A stretch of 64,000 nt of DNA from an uncultured Alphaproteobacteria bacterium (lineage in GTDB: Bacteria; Pseudomonadota; Alphaproteobacteria; Rhizobiales; Xanthobacteraceae): the NCBI GenBank assembly GCA_963790495.1, contig CAWBOW010000017.1, positions 2,745 to 66,744 on the forward strand, in the 5' to 3' direction. Shown one piece after another: positions 10,189-20,085 of this stretch. Each line of letters starts with the position of its first letter. Within the stretch, counting starts at the first letter, position 1. The position numbers were made by a program, and so were the translations under genes. The notes under the pieces are model-generated. The model saw only the letters and a list, made by a program, of their open reading frames with translations. It had not been told where the DNA came from and did no database searches.

Positions 10189-11220
10189 ATGAGCCGCGTG
10201 AGCAAGGCCAAACGACCGCCCCGCAAGTCCCCGCTACGGGCCGCGATCACCGGCGTCTTCGGTTACGTGCCGCCGGACGTGCTCGCCAACGCCGAACTGG
10301 CGGAGATGGTCGAGACCAGCGACGAGTGGATCACCGACCGCACCGGCATCAAGGAGCGGCGCATCCTCAAAGGCAAGGGGCTCGGCACCTCGCATATGGG
10401 CGCCGAAGCGGTGCGCGGGCTTTTGACCAAGACCAAGACCGCACCGGCCGAGGTCGAACTGTTGATTTGCGCGACCACCACGCCGGACTTCGTGTTTCCC
10501 TCGACCGCCAATCTCATCTGCGAGATGTCGGGCATTCGCAATATCGGCAGCTTCGACGTGCAGGCGGCATGCTCCGGCTTCGTCTATGCGCTCACCGTCG
10601 CCTCGCAATTCATCGAGACCGGAAAATTCCGCAAGATCGTCGTCGTCGGCGCCGATAAAATGTCGGCGATCATCGACTATACCGACCGCGCCACCTGCGT
10701 GCTGTTCGGTGACGGCGCCGGCGCCGTGCTGCTTGAGCCGAGCAGCAAACATGGCGTCATCGACACGGTGATCCGGTCGGACGGCGCCGGCATGCCGCAT
10801 CTGCATCAAAAGGCCGGCGGCAGCCGCATGCCGCCGACGGCGGAGACGGTGGCCAAGCGTTTGCATTACGTCCATCAGGAAGGCGCCGCGGTTTATAAAT
10901 TCGCCGTCGCCCGCATGGCGGAGGTCGCCGGCGAACTGATGACGCGTAACCACCTGACCAGCGATCAGGTCGATTGGCTGGTGCCGCACCAAGCCAATAA
11001 GCGCATCATCGAAGCGACCGCCGAGCGCATGAAGCTCGATCCCAAGCAGGTGATGATCACCATCCACAAATACGGCAACACCACCGCGGCGACGATACCG
11101 CTATGCCTGTGGGACTATGAGAGCATGCTCAAGCAAGGCGACCGCCTGATCCTGGCGGCGTTCGGCGGCGGCTTCACCTGGGCCGGCGCTTATTTGACCT
11201 GGGCTTATGATCCGCGGTGA
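10189..11220 (+). CDS. fabH: Beta-ketoacyl-ACP synthase III family protein
   Basis: TSDEWITDRTGI motif plus a Cys-His-Asn triad context (ACSGFVYAL, VPHQANKRI, YGNTTAATIP). Confidence 0.78.
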   Translation: MSRVSKAKRPPRKSPLRAAITGVFGYVPPDVLANAELAEMVETSDEWITDRTGIKERRILKGKGLGTSHMGAEAVRGLLTKTKTAPAEVELLICATTTPDFVFPSTANLICEMSGIRNIGSFDVQAACSGFVYALTVASQFIETGKFRKIVVVGADKMSAIIDYTDRATCVLFGDGAGAVLLEPSSKHGVIDTVIRSDGAGMPHLHQKAGGSRMPPTAETVAKRLHYVHQEGAAVYKFAVARMAEVAGELMTRNHLTSDQVDWLVPHQANKRIIEATAERMKLDPKQVMITIHKYGNTTAATIPLCLWDYESMLKQGDRLILAAFGGGFTWAGAYLTWAYDPR

Positions 11221-11225
11221 CATAC

Positions 11226-11274
11226 GGCGAATAGCGAATAGGAAAGAGAAACAGCCTTCTATTCGCTACTCGCC
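11226..11274. terminator. Long hairpin between convergent fabH-like and gltA genes (possible bidirectional terminator)
   Basis: Arms of 16 nt: ggcgaatagcgaatag (11226-11241) and ctattcgctactcgcc (11259-11274), with one mismatch and a 17-nt loop. There is no strong U-tract. Confidence 0.4.
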
Positions 11275-11286
11275 ATCGCGCAATAC

Positions 11287-12594
<1,308 letters not shown>

Positions 12595-12817
12595 GATATT
12601 CGCCTCGATTTTCTAGCAGCCGGGCTTGGCAGGCCGCTTGCAGTACGGCCCCGCAAAGCGGCTGGGGCACCCTTCGACCCGGGATATTGCCGTAGCGCAA
12701 CACCGTGTGCACTGCAAGATAATAGCCTGTGAAAGCGGCGGTAGCGCCGGGCAGGGCAAATTTTGTGCAACGGTCATATGCGCTGTCATAAGCAGTCTGC
12801 CTTATCGGGCCGTCTCC

Positions 12818-14242
12818 CTAACCGCCTTGCCGCGCCTGGTCGGCGAGGCGGGCCAGGCTTTCCGCCTTGCCGAGCACAATCAGCACCTCGAATATGCCCG
12901 GCGAGGTGGTGCGGCCTGTCAGCGCGGCGCGCAGCGGCTGCGCTACCGCGCCGAGCTTGGCGCCCTTCTTCTCGGCGAACAGGCGCACGGCCTGCTCGGT
13001 CCCCGCGCCGGTCCAGGGCTCGACGGCGGCGAGCTCGGCGGCGATATCGGCGAGGAGCGCGCGGGCTTCCGCGGTCAGCAAGGCGCCGGCTTTGTCGTCC
13101 AGCGGGATCGGCCGGTCGGTCAAAAGAAAATGTGCGCCGTCAATAAGATCGAGCAGCGTCTTGGCGCGTTCCTTCAGACTCGGCATGGCGGCCAGAAATT
13201 GCGCGCGGACCTCTGGCGTCAGCTTGGCGGCGATGGCTTGGCCGCCGGCGATATGCGGCAACAGCTGGTCGATGGCGGCAAGGAGCACGCCGTCCTCGCT
13301 TTGCCGGATGTAATGGCCGTTGAGACTTTCCAATTTGGCAAAGTCGAAGCGCGCCGGCGAGCGGCCGATCTGCGGCAGGTCGAATGCGGCAATCATTTCG
13401 TCGGTGGAGAATATTTCCTGGTCGCCATGGCTCCAGCCGAGCCGCACCAGATAATTGCGCAGCGCCGCCGGCAGGTAACCCATGGCGCGATAGGCGTCGA
13501 CGCCGAGCGCGCCGTGGCGCTTCGACAGCTTCGAGCCGTCCGGACCGTGGATCAGCGGGATGTGCGCCATCACCGGCACGGTCCAGCCGAGCGCGTCGTA
13601 AATCTGCTTCTGCCGCGCCGCGTTGGTCAGATGATCGTCGCCGCGGATGATGTGGGTCACGCCCATGTCGTGGTCGTCGACGACGACGGCCAGCATATAG
13701 GTCGGCGTGCCGTCCGAGCGCAGCAGCACGAGGTCGTCGAGATTTTCGTTCTGCCAGACGACGCGGCCCTGCACCTGATCGTCGATGACGGTCTCGCCCG
13801 AAAGCGGCGCCTTGAGCCGGATCGCCGGCTTGACGCCCGGCGGCGCCTCGGCCGGATCGCGGTCGCGCCAGCGGCCGTCGTAGAGCCGGGCGCGGCCGGC
13901 GGCGCGCGCCGCCTCGCGCATCGCCGTCAGTTCTTCAGGCGCGGCATAGCAGGCATAGGCATGGCCGGACGCCAGCAAGCTGTCGGCGATCTGGCGGTGC
14001 CGCGCCACGCGGGAAAACTGATAGACCGTGTCGCCGTCCCAAGCGATGCCGAGCCACGACAGCCCATCGAGGATGGCGTCGATGGCGCCTTGCGTCGAGC
14101 GCTCGCGGTCGGTGTCCTCGATTCGCAGCAGCATTTTGCCGCCGCGGCCGCGGGCATAGAGCCAGTTGAACAGCGCCGTGCGCGCCCCGCCGATATGCAG
14201 GAAGCCGGTGGGCGAGGGGGCGAAACGGGTGACGACGGTCAT
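12818..14242 (-). CDS. gltX: Glutamate--tRNA ligase
   Basis: The class I aaRS HIGH motif ([14 protein letters not shown]) follows the internal Met (MTVVTRF...). The KMSKS-like motif KLSKR is present. Confidence 0.93.
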   Translation of the reverse strand: MTVVTRFAPSPTGFLHIGGARTALFNWLYARGRGGKMLLRIEDTDRERSTQGAIDAILDGLSWLGIAWDGDTVYQFSRVARHRQIADSLLASGHAYACYAAPEELTAMREAARAAGRARLYDGRWRDRDPAEAPPGVKPAIRLKAPLSGETVIDDQVQGRVVWQNENLDDLVLLRSDGTPTYMLAVVVDDHDMGVTHIIRGDDHLTNAARQKQIYDALGWTVPVMAHIPLIHGPDGSKLSKRHGALGVDAYRAMGYLPAALRNYLVRLGWSHGDQEIFSTDEMIAAFDLPQIGRSPARFDFAKLESLNGHYIRQSEDGVLLAAIDQLLPHIAGGQAIAAKLTPEVRAQFLAAMPSLKERAKTLLDLIDGAHFLLTDRPIPLDDKAGALLTAEARALLADIAAELAAVEPWTGAGTEQAVRLFAEKKGAKLGAVAQPLRAALTGRTTSPGIFEVLIVLGKAESLARLADQARQGG

Positions 14243-14314
14243 CGCGATCCGAATGAAGGGCAACGCCCGTTTAGCACAGCCGCCGGCGAATTGAAGCAGG
14301 GATCGCCGGTGAGA

Positions 14315-14647
14315 TTAACCATTCTTGCGGCGCAGCTTATGATTTTTTGAATCGTGCAGGCACAACGAGGTCGGCGGCCGATGGTGTGCCGTCACAAGGT
14401 AACTGTCGGCGCCGGGCGGAAGCTCCGCGATCATCCGCAGGTGCGCGGCAACGCCGGCGTCATAGGAAATGTCCCAGCAGCGGCTTTGCAGACAAAAGCC
14501 CGCAGTGCCGACGCAGCGGCGGGCGCTGCGGCACGGTTTGTAGCGGCAGTCGCGCCAGAATTCGAACATGTCGCAATATTTGCGAGCCACGATCGCGCAG
14601 GCGGCGTCAAAGCGCCGCTGAAAATCCTTGGCTTCCGAGCTACCCAT
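14315..14647 (-). CDS. Hypothetical cysteine-rich small protein (110 aa, about 8 Cys, basic C-terminus)
   Basis: ATG at 14647 is preceded by aagggga. Third codon positions are GC-rich as in neighbouring genes. I recognise no family. Confidence 0.5.
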   Translation of the reverse strand: MGSSEAKDFQRRFDAACAIVARKYCDMFEFWRDCRYKPCRSARRCVGTAGFCLQSRCWDISYDAGVAAHLRMIAELPPGADSYLVTAHHRPPTSLCLHDSKNHKLRRKNG

Positions 14648-14649
14648 GC

Positions 14650-15339
14650 ATGATTCCCCTTGTTGGGCTTCTCGTCTTTGCGAGGCGGCCCGAAAGGGCC
14701 GACGAAGCGATCCAGGGGCCGCTCGTTCAGGCAAGCCGGACTGGATTGCTTCGCCTCGCTCGCAATGACGAATTTGTCCTCGTTCTCGCGATGCGGCTGC
14801 ATCGGAGTCGTCAAAGCCACGGTGTAAGAAAGCCCTTCCCAAATCCTCTCTCCTAAAAATGGAGGGAGGCGAAGCGCCGAAAGGCGCGTACGCAACTTGC
14901 CGTGCCCAGCGGGGCCCGGCGCGCGCCACGCGAACGGACGTTACCGTCCTTTCGCGCTTCGGGCGCGCTCGCCTTTCGGCGCTCCACCGCGGCGCTCGCC
15001 GGAAACCCGAAGGGTCGCCGGCTCAGCTCCAGGCCATGCTTCCTGGGACGCGGCTCCAGCGGGCGTTACCCGCCTTCACCTGTCCCAGTCCAGGGACTGC
15101 ACCTCCCGCGCCGGCCGTAGTACCGGCGTGAATGATGCCCAGAGCCGCCCGGGCGCGGGTCGTAACCCCGCGCGCAGGAACCGCTCCCGTCCCACTTTCG
15201 AAAGTACCCTCGCGAAAGGCCCCTCCGTGAACGGGATGGATCGCTGTGTAATCGATATGGTGACAATGTCAAGTGGAAAGTCGCACAAAACGAGACGTAG
15301 CTGCGCTCCTACTCAGCCGAGCGGATTTTTTGGCTTTGT
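14650..15339. other. GC-rich non-coding region dense in short stable hairpins (REP cluster or unclassified structured RNA)
   Basis: No credible ORF. Hairpins: cctctctcc/ggagggagg (14844-14868), gcgcc-GAAA-ggcgc (14873-14886) with its inverted copy at 14969-14980, ggacg-ttac-cgtcc (14935-14948), gtccc..gggac (15082-15097) and gcgcggg..cccgcgc (15152-15172). A separate REP (attgc..gcaat) lies at 14743-14770. Confidence 0.4.
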
Positions 15340-15744
15340 CTAGTAGGGGCCGGTGTGGCCGATTTGGTGCTTCTTTTCGCGTATCGCCACTATCTCAAGA
15401 TACAGCGACAGAAGCGCGGTAAGGCCAGCAATTATATAACCGCTCATGGCCGCTAAATTCTCTGAATGAGAGGAATTATTTTGATCGTGAACGTATTTGT
15501 TAAAACCGACCGCAAAATTAATGACTGGCTGATCGATACTTATTCCGCCTATGGAACTTCTGATACAATTTCCGAATTGATCGCAGCGGTTTAGTAATGT
15601 GGGAACAAAATCCGGGGATGCCTGTCCAGACAGATGCCAGTGAAAACCAGCCATGCCAAAAAATAATATAGCAAACATTAGCCAGACAACTGCGATAAAC
15701 CTGTGTGTGCGGATCAAGGTTCTATGTTCCGGCATGCTTTCCAT
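15340..15744 (-). CDS. Hypothetical membrane protein (134 aa, N- and C-terminal TM helices)
   Basis: Starts at the internal Met (MESMPEHRT...). The DNA is visibly AT-richer than its flanks. Upstream residues of the tracked ORF belong to the repeat element. Confidence 0.5.
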   Translation of the reverse strand: MESMPEHRTLIRTHRFIAVVWLMFAILFFGMAGFHWHLSGQASPDFVPTLLNRCDQFGNCIRSSIGGISIDQPVINFAVGFNKYVHDQNNSSHSENLAAMSGYIIAGLTALLSLYLEIVAIREKKHQIGHTGPY

Positions 15745-15783
15745 CTTCCCGTCCGTTGGTTCAGCCAGTAGTAAAAACAGCTC

Positions 15784-15946
15784 GTAGGATGGGTAGAGCG
15801 AAGCGAAACCCATCATCTTGCCTCGTTGACCGCATCCGCCATCGAATCGGATGCCGCTGGCCAAAACAAAGCTGCGTCGATAATTTGTCATCGCGCAGGC
15901 ATAACACCGCCAAAGCGATGCGTTCCGCTTCGCTCTCCCATCCTAC
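15784..15946 (-). mobile_element. MITE-like RAYT-remnant element, copy 1
   Basis: Terminal inverted REPs gtaggatgggtagagcgaagcgaaacccatc and gatgcgttccgcttcgctctcccatcctac. The interior carries a truncated 'MTNYRRSF...' reading frame on the minus strand, resembling a REP-associated tyrosine transposase N-terminus (E. coli RayT MSEYRRYYIKGGTWFF). Confidence 0.55.
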
Positions 15947-15985
15947 GCGATTGGCTCCTGTTGAAAAAATTGGTAGAGTTGTCGC

Positions 15986-16195
15986 ATGTCAGAGTTCGGC
16001 CCCGAATACAGCCGCGACGATGCGCCCGACCCGACCTCTACTCGCCCATTCGAGTGCTTAGACTGCGCTTCGGTGTTCCAAGAGCGCGCTATCCGTTGGG
16101 CTTACAATAAGCGCGCAGGGGACTTTTGGTGGTGCTGCCCATTCTGCGGAGCGGGCAAGCCAGAATTGATCCCGTCTGATAGATCACTCCAATAA
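15986..16195 (+). CDS. Hypothetical Zn-ribbon mini-protein (69 aa)
   Basis: Two Cys pairs (CLDC ... CCPFCG) in an AT-richer context, lying between repeat copies. Confidence 0.5.
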   Translation: MSEFGPEYSRDDAPDPTSTRPFECLDCASVFQERAIRWAYNKRAGDFWWCCPFCGAGKPELIPSDRSLQ

Positions 16196-16210
16196 GGAAC
16201 CCGCTATCCG

Positions 16211-16449
16211 GCTCGCCATCGGCAGCTTCCTCCGTCAACGTGGCCGCCGGAGTAAAATTGCGCTGATAATTGGTCAACGCTTGCGCATAATGAATTCGCC
16301 GAAGCGAAACCCATCATTTCTGCATCGGCTACATCTGCCGTCTAATCGGGAAAGTGCCGCTAGAAGTAAAATTCCGTCCATAATTGGTCAACGCCTCAGC
16401 ATAATAAATCGCCGAGGCGATGGGTTTCGCTTCGCTCTACCCATCCTAC
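16211..16449 (-). mobile_element. RAYT-remnant element: a 5'-truncated copy fused to a full copy (copies 2' and 2)
   Basis: 16211-16300 repeats the interior (ttg-acc-aat-tat-cag-cgc-aat-ttt gives MTNYQRNF). It joins the left REP of the next copy at about 16297. That copy ends with gatgggtttcgcttcgctctacccatcctac at 16449 and encodes 'TNYGRNFTSSGTFPIRRQM*'. Confidence 0.5.
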
Positions 16450-16460
16450 GATGGTTTCCT

Positions 16461-16985
16461 TCAGCACGCTGTTATTGTTAGATAAAAATATCGACTTATT
16501 TTTCGCGTTGTGTATTCGCAAACACCCTCCCGCCGTTCGCCGATTGCAACATCAACCGTACCGTTGCGATCAAAAATAAGACGCTTGTCAAAACCGAGGC
16601 CACCCTGCCACGCCCATTGCCTGCTAGAGGGGTTTCCGGTTTGCCCAATCTCGTGAAGATAAAACGGCTGCATGATTTGGAAATGTATTTCGTCTTGGAA
16701 AAAAAGACACAAGGACATGGCAGCGAACGAGACCAATCCAGCCAGGATAATTGAGAGGAGGCGTTTCCAACGGGCGCGGAATAGAGCAATCAGTGTCGCG
16801 ATCAGTAAAATCGAAGTCGACAAAAACAACATCAGCATCGCAAGCCAAAACAGCGGTGAACCAAGCAAGCCACCCGGCTCAAAAATTAACAACATAACTT
16901 CCAACATCGAGACGGGTAGTAAGAGCGACAACGGGCGAAAAGTGAATGCGTCGCTATTTTGACGGCGGATCAAAACATCAGTCAT
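16461..16985 (-). CDS. Hypothetical membrane protein (174 aa; 3-4 N-terminal TM helices plus a soluble C-terminal domain)
   Basis: Continuous ORF in AT-richer DNA. I recognise no family. Confidence 0.55.
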   Translation of the reverse strand: MTDVLIRRQNSDAFTFRPLSLLLPVSMLEVMLLIFEPGGLLGSPLFWLAMLMLFLSTSILLIATLIALFRARWKRLLSIILAGLVSFAAMSLCLFFQDEIHFQIMQPFYLHEIGQTGNPSSRQWAWQGGLGFDKRLIFDRNGTVDVAIGERREGVCEYTTRKISRYFYLTITAC

Positions 16986-17092
16986 TGTGCTTACTCCGCA
17001 ACGCGACCGCTGAGCCGCAGGTAGAGCTATTTAGCTGGAGTAAGCATAATCGACTTTCGCAGAACCGCCGCTGCGGTGGAGAGGCAGCCTGC

Positions 17093-17291
17093 AGGATGGG
17101 TAGAGGCAAGCGGAACCTATCATTTTTCTGCATCGGTTACATCTGCCGTCTAATTGGGAAAGTGCCGCACGAAATAAAATTGCGTCGATAACTGGTCATC
17201 ACTTGCGCAAAATAAAGCCGCCGAGGCGATGGGTTTCGCTTCCGCCTGCGCGCTGCGCGCTTCGGCGGACAGGTCGCTCTACCCATCCTAC
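17093..17291 (-). mobile_element. MITE-like RAYT-remnant element, copy 3
   Basis: Same architecture as the other copies. The interior encodes 'MTSYRRNFISCGTFPIRRQM*'. The right REP is interrupted by an extra hairpin (ccgcc...ggcgg). Confidence 0.55.
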
Positions 17292-17317
17292 CGGCTATGG
17301 GCGACTTGGGGCGAAGC

Positions 17318-18509
17318 CTAAGCAGCCTCCGCCAGCGCGTATTGCCGGCAGTGGTCCAGATAGGCGGCTTCGTGGAGCGCAATCAGCGCGACGACGCTCG
17401 ACCACAGCCACGACGGGGCTTCCAGCGAAGCTTTATGGTTTTTCGACAGATCGGACAGCCATGAGCGCCGCACGCTCGATTTCATTTGCCGTCCATGCGC
17501 GCGGCCGACGACGCCCGCCAGATAGCGCGCCAGGCTCATCGCTTCCTGCCGCGTCAAATGACCGATCTCGATTTTGAGGTCTTGCGGCATGAGCTCCCGC
17601 AGCACGACCGCCTTGTCGAGCAGTCTTGCCGCGATCATCCGCTGTCCGAGATTGGGCGAAAGCGCCTTGGCGCCGGTCACCACGCGCACCGCGTTGTCGC
17701 GCGGCATTTCGCTCTTGGCGGCTCTGGGCGCCGCCGCTGTCACGCCCTCTTTCACGTCGACCAGACAACAGCTCGCGCCGTTGCCGCCGCCGACCCGTAG
17801 CAAGCAGGCGTAGCGCAGGCGCCCAAGCGAGCTGCAGCCCTTCAGCCAATAAGCCGCGTCGAGCAATTCGAGCGAATCGTCGGTGGCGTGGCCGCGAAGC
17901 GCCGTCAGCACGGAGCGCACGGAGTCGCCTTCGAACATTTCGCTCAAGGCTTTGCGCTCCGGCGGCGTCAGCGCCCAAAATCGCTTGCCGAGCGGAATCT
18001 TCGGGCTCAACTGTATCGAGGCGCTCCTCCGCCAGATGCCGCCACCGGCGCCGCGTCGATCGCGCCAAAAGCCGCTGAATTGCCTTTGGCCGGTGCGACT
18101 TGTCGTTGTCGGGGGCAAAATTTCCGGACAGGGCAGCCTGGTAGCCGGCGACAAGCTCTTCCAGAATACGCGCAGTCGTCACGCCGGGCAGGTCCGATCC
18201 GCGCGCCGCCGACGCCAGCGACAGGCCGAGCCGGATCAAATCGTGCGCCGGGTTGCCGATGACGGTCTGATCGAGGTCCCTGATCTGCACCAGGACGCGG
18301 CCCTTGGCATCGGCCAGCGGCCCGAGATTGCCAACATGACAATCGCCGCAAATCCAAACCGGAGGGCCTTCCGGCAATTTACCGCGGCTGTTCTCCAGCC
18401 ACTCGTAAAACTTGACGGTACTGCCGCGCACATAGGCGTGCGCGGAGTCCGCCATTTTGAGATTCCGGGTCTGCGCCAGAATCCGTTGTCGGTCTTCCAG
18501 CTTGATCAT
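17318..18509 (-). pseudogene. DUF2252 family protein, single frameshift as sequenced
   Basis: N-terminal frame (17433-18509) has AYVRGSTVKFYEWL and GDCHVGNLGP. The C-terminal part continues in the 17318-18154 frame (IQLSPKIPLGKRFWAL...). The switch is near 18015-18025. Confidence 0.8.
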
Positions 18510-18533
18510 TCGTCTCGCCGTCGCCGGCGTGCG

Positions 18534-18698
18534 TCAGAACCGGCCGAGCAGGACCAAAATCAGGATGATGACGATGACCAGGCCGAGGCCGCCGCCGCCG
18601 TAATAGCCGGTGCCGTAGAATGGACCGCCGCCGAGGCCGCTAAAGCCGCCAAGCAGGATAATCACCAGGATGATGAGAAGAATAGTGCCGATCGACAT
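18534..18698 (-). CDS. DUF3309-like small membrane protein (54 aa)
   Basis: Not in the ORF track (under 60 aa). Encodes MSIGTILLIILVIILLGGFSGLGGGPFYGTGYYGGGGLGLVIVIILILVLLGRF, with aagggg upstream of the ATG. Confidence 0.6.
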   Translation of the reverse strand: MSIGTILLIILVIILLGGFSGLGGGPFYGTGYYGGGGLGLVIVIILILVLLGRF

Positions 18699-18793
18699 GG
18701 CTTCGCCCCTTAGATTTGAAAGATGAATCGCTTGATGACAAACTCAACGCCGACAGACAGCTTGCGTGACGCTACTGGCGCCGCATCGAGAAA

Positions 18794-18817
18794 GAAGCTG
18801 CGCTTCCACGCAGCTTC
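18794..18817 (-). terminator. Weak hairpin downstream of the 25-aa micro-ORF
   Basis: Arms gaagctgcg and cgcagcttc with a 6-nt loop. Only a short T run follows on the minus strand. Confidence 0.3.
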
Positions 18818-18825
18818 TCGTTTGC

Positions 18826-18903
18826 TCAATGCGAAAACAGCGCCAGAAGAATGATGATCGGGATCGGTACGCCAAGCAACCAGAGAAGTATGCCTCTGCC
18901 CAT
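18826..18903 (-). CDS. Hydrophobic micro-protein (25 aa)
   Basis: Encodes MGRGILLWLLGVPIPIIILLALFSH. A strong aaggag sits 8 nt upstream, and the ORF begins 12 nt after the stop of the 314-aa gene. Confidence 0.4.
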   Translation of the reverse strand: MGRGILLWLLGVPIPIIILLALFSH

Positions 18904-18915
18904 GATGTGATCTCC

Positions 18916-19860
18916 TTATAGGGTTCTGGGGGTGAGAACGCGGTCGTTCCAGGTGCCGTCGCGCAACGAGCCGCCTTCGACCGCGGCAAGGCTTGCCGCG
19001 AATGCGCCAAACAACATGGCAGCCGTCAGCCAGAACGACAGCTTGGCCGCGCCTTTGCGGGCGTTGTCGGCGTCGGTCTTGGCTTCGGTGACTACGGTAT
19101 CGACGCGCTTCTGGGCATCGGCCTGGCTCATGCCGGTGCGTGCGGTGACGAGCCCGGCCAGATAGGTCTTGTCGGCATTGTCGGGACCCGTCGGGTCGCG
19201 AAAGTCGGCCGTCCATAGCCGCACGACTTCCGAGCGGGTCTGGTTAAAATTGCCATTGCGCGGCGGCACGGGAGTTGCGGCGGTCGATCCGCCCGCGGTT
19301 GCCGGCGGCGCGGCGTTGGTATCGGCGGAAGTGGCAGCGGCCGGCGCGGATGCAGGCTGCGCCGTCGCGTCGGAGCGGAAAAGCTTATCGACATAGATGT
19401 CGGCTGGGTTGACCGAGCGCGTCGCTTGCGACGCCGCGGCGACGCCGGGCACCGCCGCGCCATTGGCGAGATAGGCGGTGGCGGAGCTCAGAGCGCTGGC
19501 GCTCAGAAGCGTTGCGAAGGCCCAGGCCAAAAAACCGTGCGCGGTGTCGCGAAAGAAAACTTCATTGGTGTGAACGCCGACCCATTTCGTGCGCAATCGG
19601 GCGGCGAGATAGCCGCCGACGGCGGACGACATGACGGCGACGATGACCACATAAATGCCGGTCCCGGTTTTGAAGGTCGAGGCCGAAACTCCGCTATCGC
19701 TCCACGGCGAGACCGCCGAAAGGCCAAGCCCCGAACCGAAGGCAATCAGAAGGAGCGCGAGCGCAGCGGCCGCCACGGCGCCCGCTGCAATTGCCGCCCA
19801 AGAGACGGCGGACTGAGCGTCCACCACAGCGGCGGTCGCCGGACGTAGATCGGAATCCAT
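18916..19860 (-). CDS. Hypothetical integral membrane protein (314 aa)
   Basis: Continuous high-GC ORF with several TM helices separated by an Ala/Pro-rich linker. No family assigned. Confidence 0.7.
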   Translation of the reverse strand: MDSDLRPATAAVVDAQSAVSWAAIAAGAVAAAALALLLIAFGSGLGLSAVSPWSDSGVSASTFKTGTGIYVVIVAVMSSAVGGYLAARLRTKWVGVHTNEVFFRDTAHGFLAWAFATLLSASALSSATAYLANGAAVPGVAAASQATRSVNPADIYVDKLFRSDATAQPASAPAAATSADTNAAPPATAGGSTAATPVPPRNGNFNQTRSEVVRLWTADFRDPTGPDNADKTYLAGLVTARTGMSQADAQKRVDTVVTEAKTDADNARKGAAKLSFWLTAAMLFGAFAASLAAVEGGSLRDGTWNDRVLTPRTL

Positions 19861-20035
19861 CTATAAATCTCCCGGACGGGACGCAATTGTCCCACCCGGC
19901 AAGCCGGTTCCAACCTAAAAGTTCCATCAATGCCCGAAAAAATAGCAACCTGAATAGCCCAAAAACGGGCGCTCACCCCGTGAAACGGTGTCACGGGGTC
20001 GGCAAAAGCGGCGTCGCGCAAGTGAAGGGTCCAAG

Positions 20036-20068
20036 GCAAACAAAAACCCCCGGACGAAACCGGGGGTC
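20036..20068 (-). terminator. Rho-independent terminator
   Basis: Hairpin cccccgg-acgaaa-ccggggg (20047-20066), followed on the minus strand by TTTTTGTTTG, 18 nt after the stop of the 64-aa gene. Confidence 0.7.
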
Positions 20069-20085
20069 CTTAGCGCCGAAGCAAA

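Noticed and set aside
14650-15339. Assignment of the hairpin-dense region to a known RNA class (RNase P, tmRNA, SRP RNA, cobalamin/Moco riboswitch, group II intron, retron).
   Set aside because: None of the diagnostic boxes are visible on either strand: GGAAAGTCCGGGC, T-arm plus tag ORF, B12 box, GUGYG/domain V. There is also no adjacent RT.
15340-17291. An integron-like cassette array or CALIN, with gene-repeat-gene-repeat organisation.
   Set aside because: The ORFs are in mixed orientation. The repeats lack attC-type R''/R' core sites (RYYYAAC/GTTRRRY) and instead carry a RAYT 5' fragment. No intI gene is nearby.
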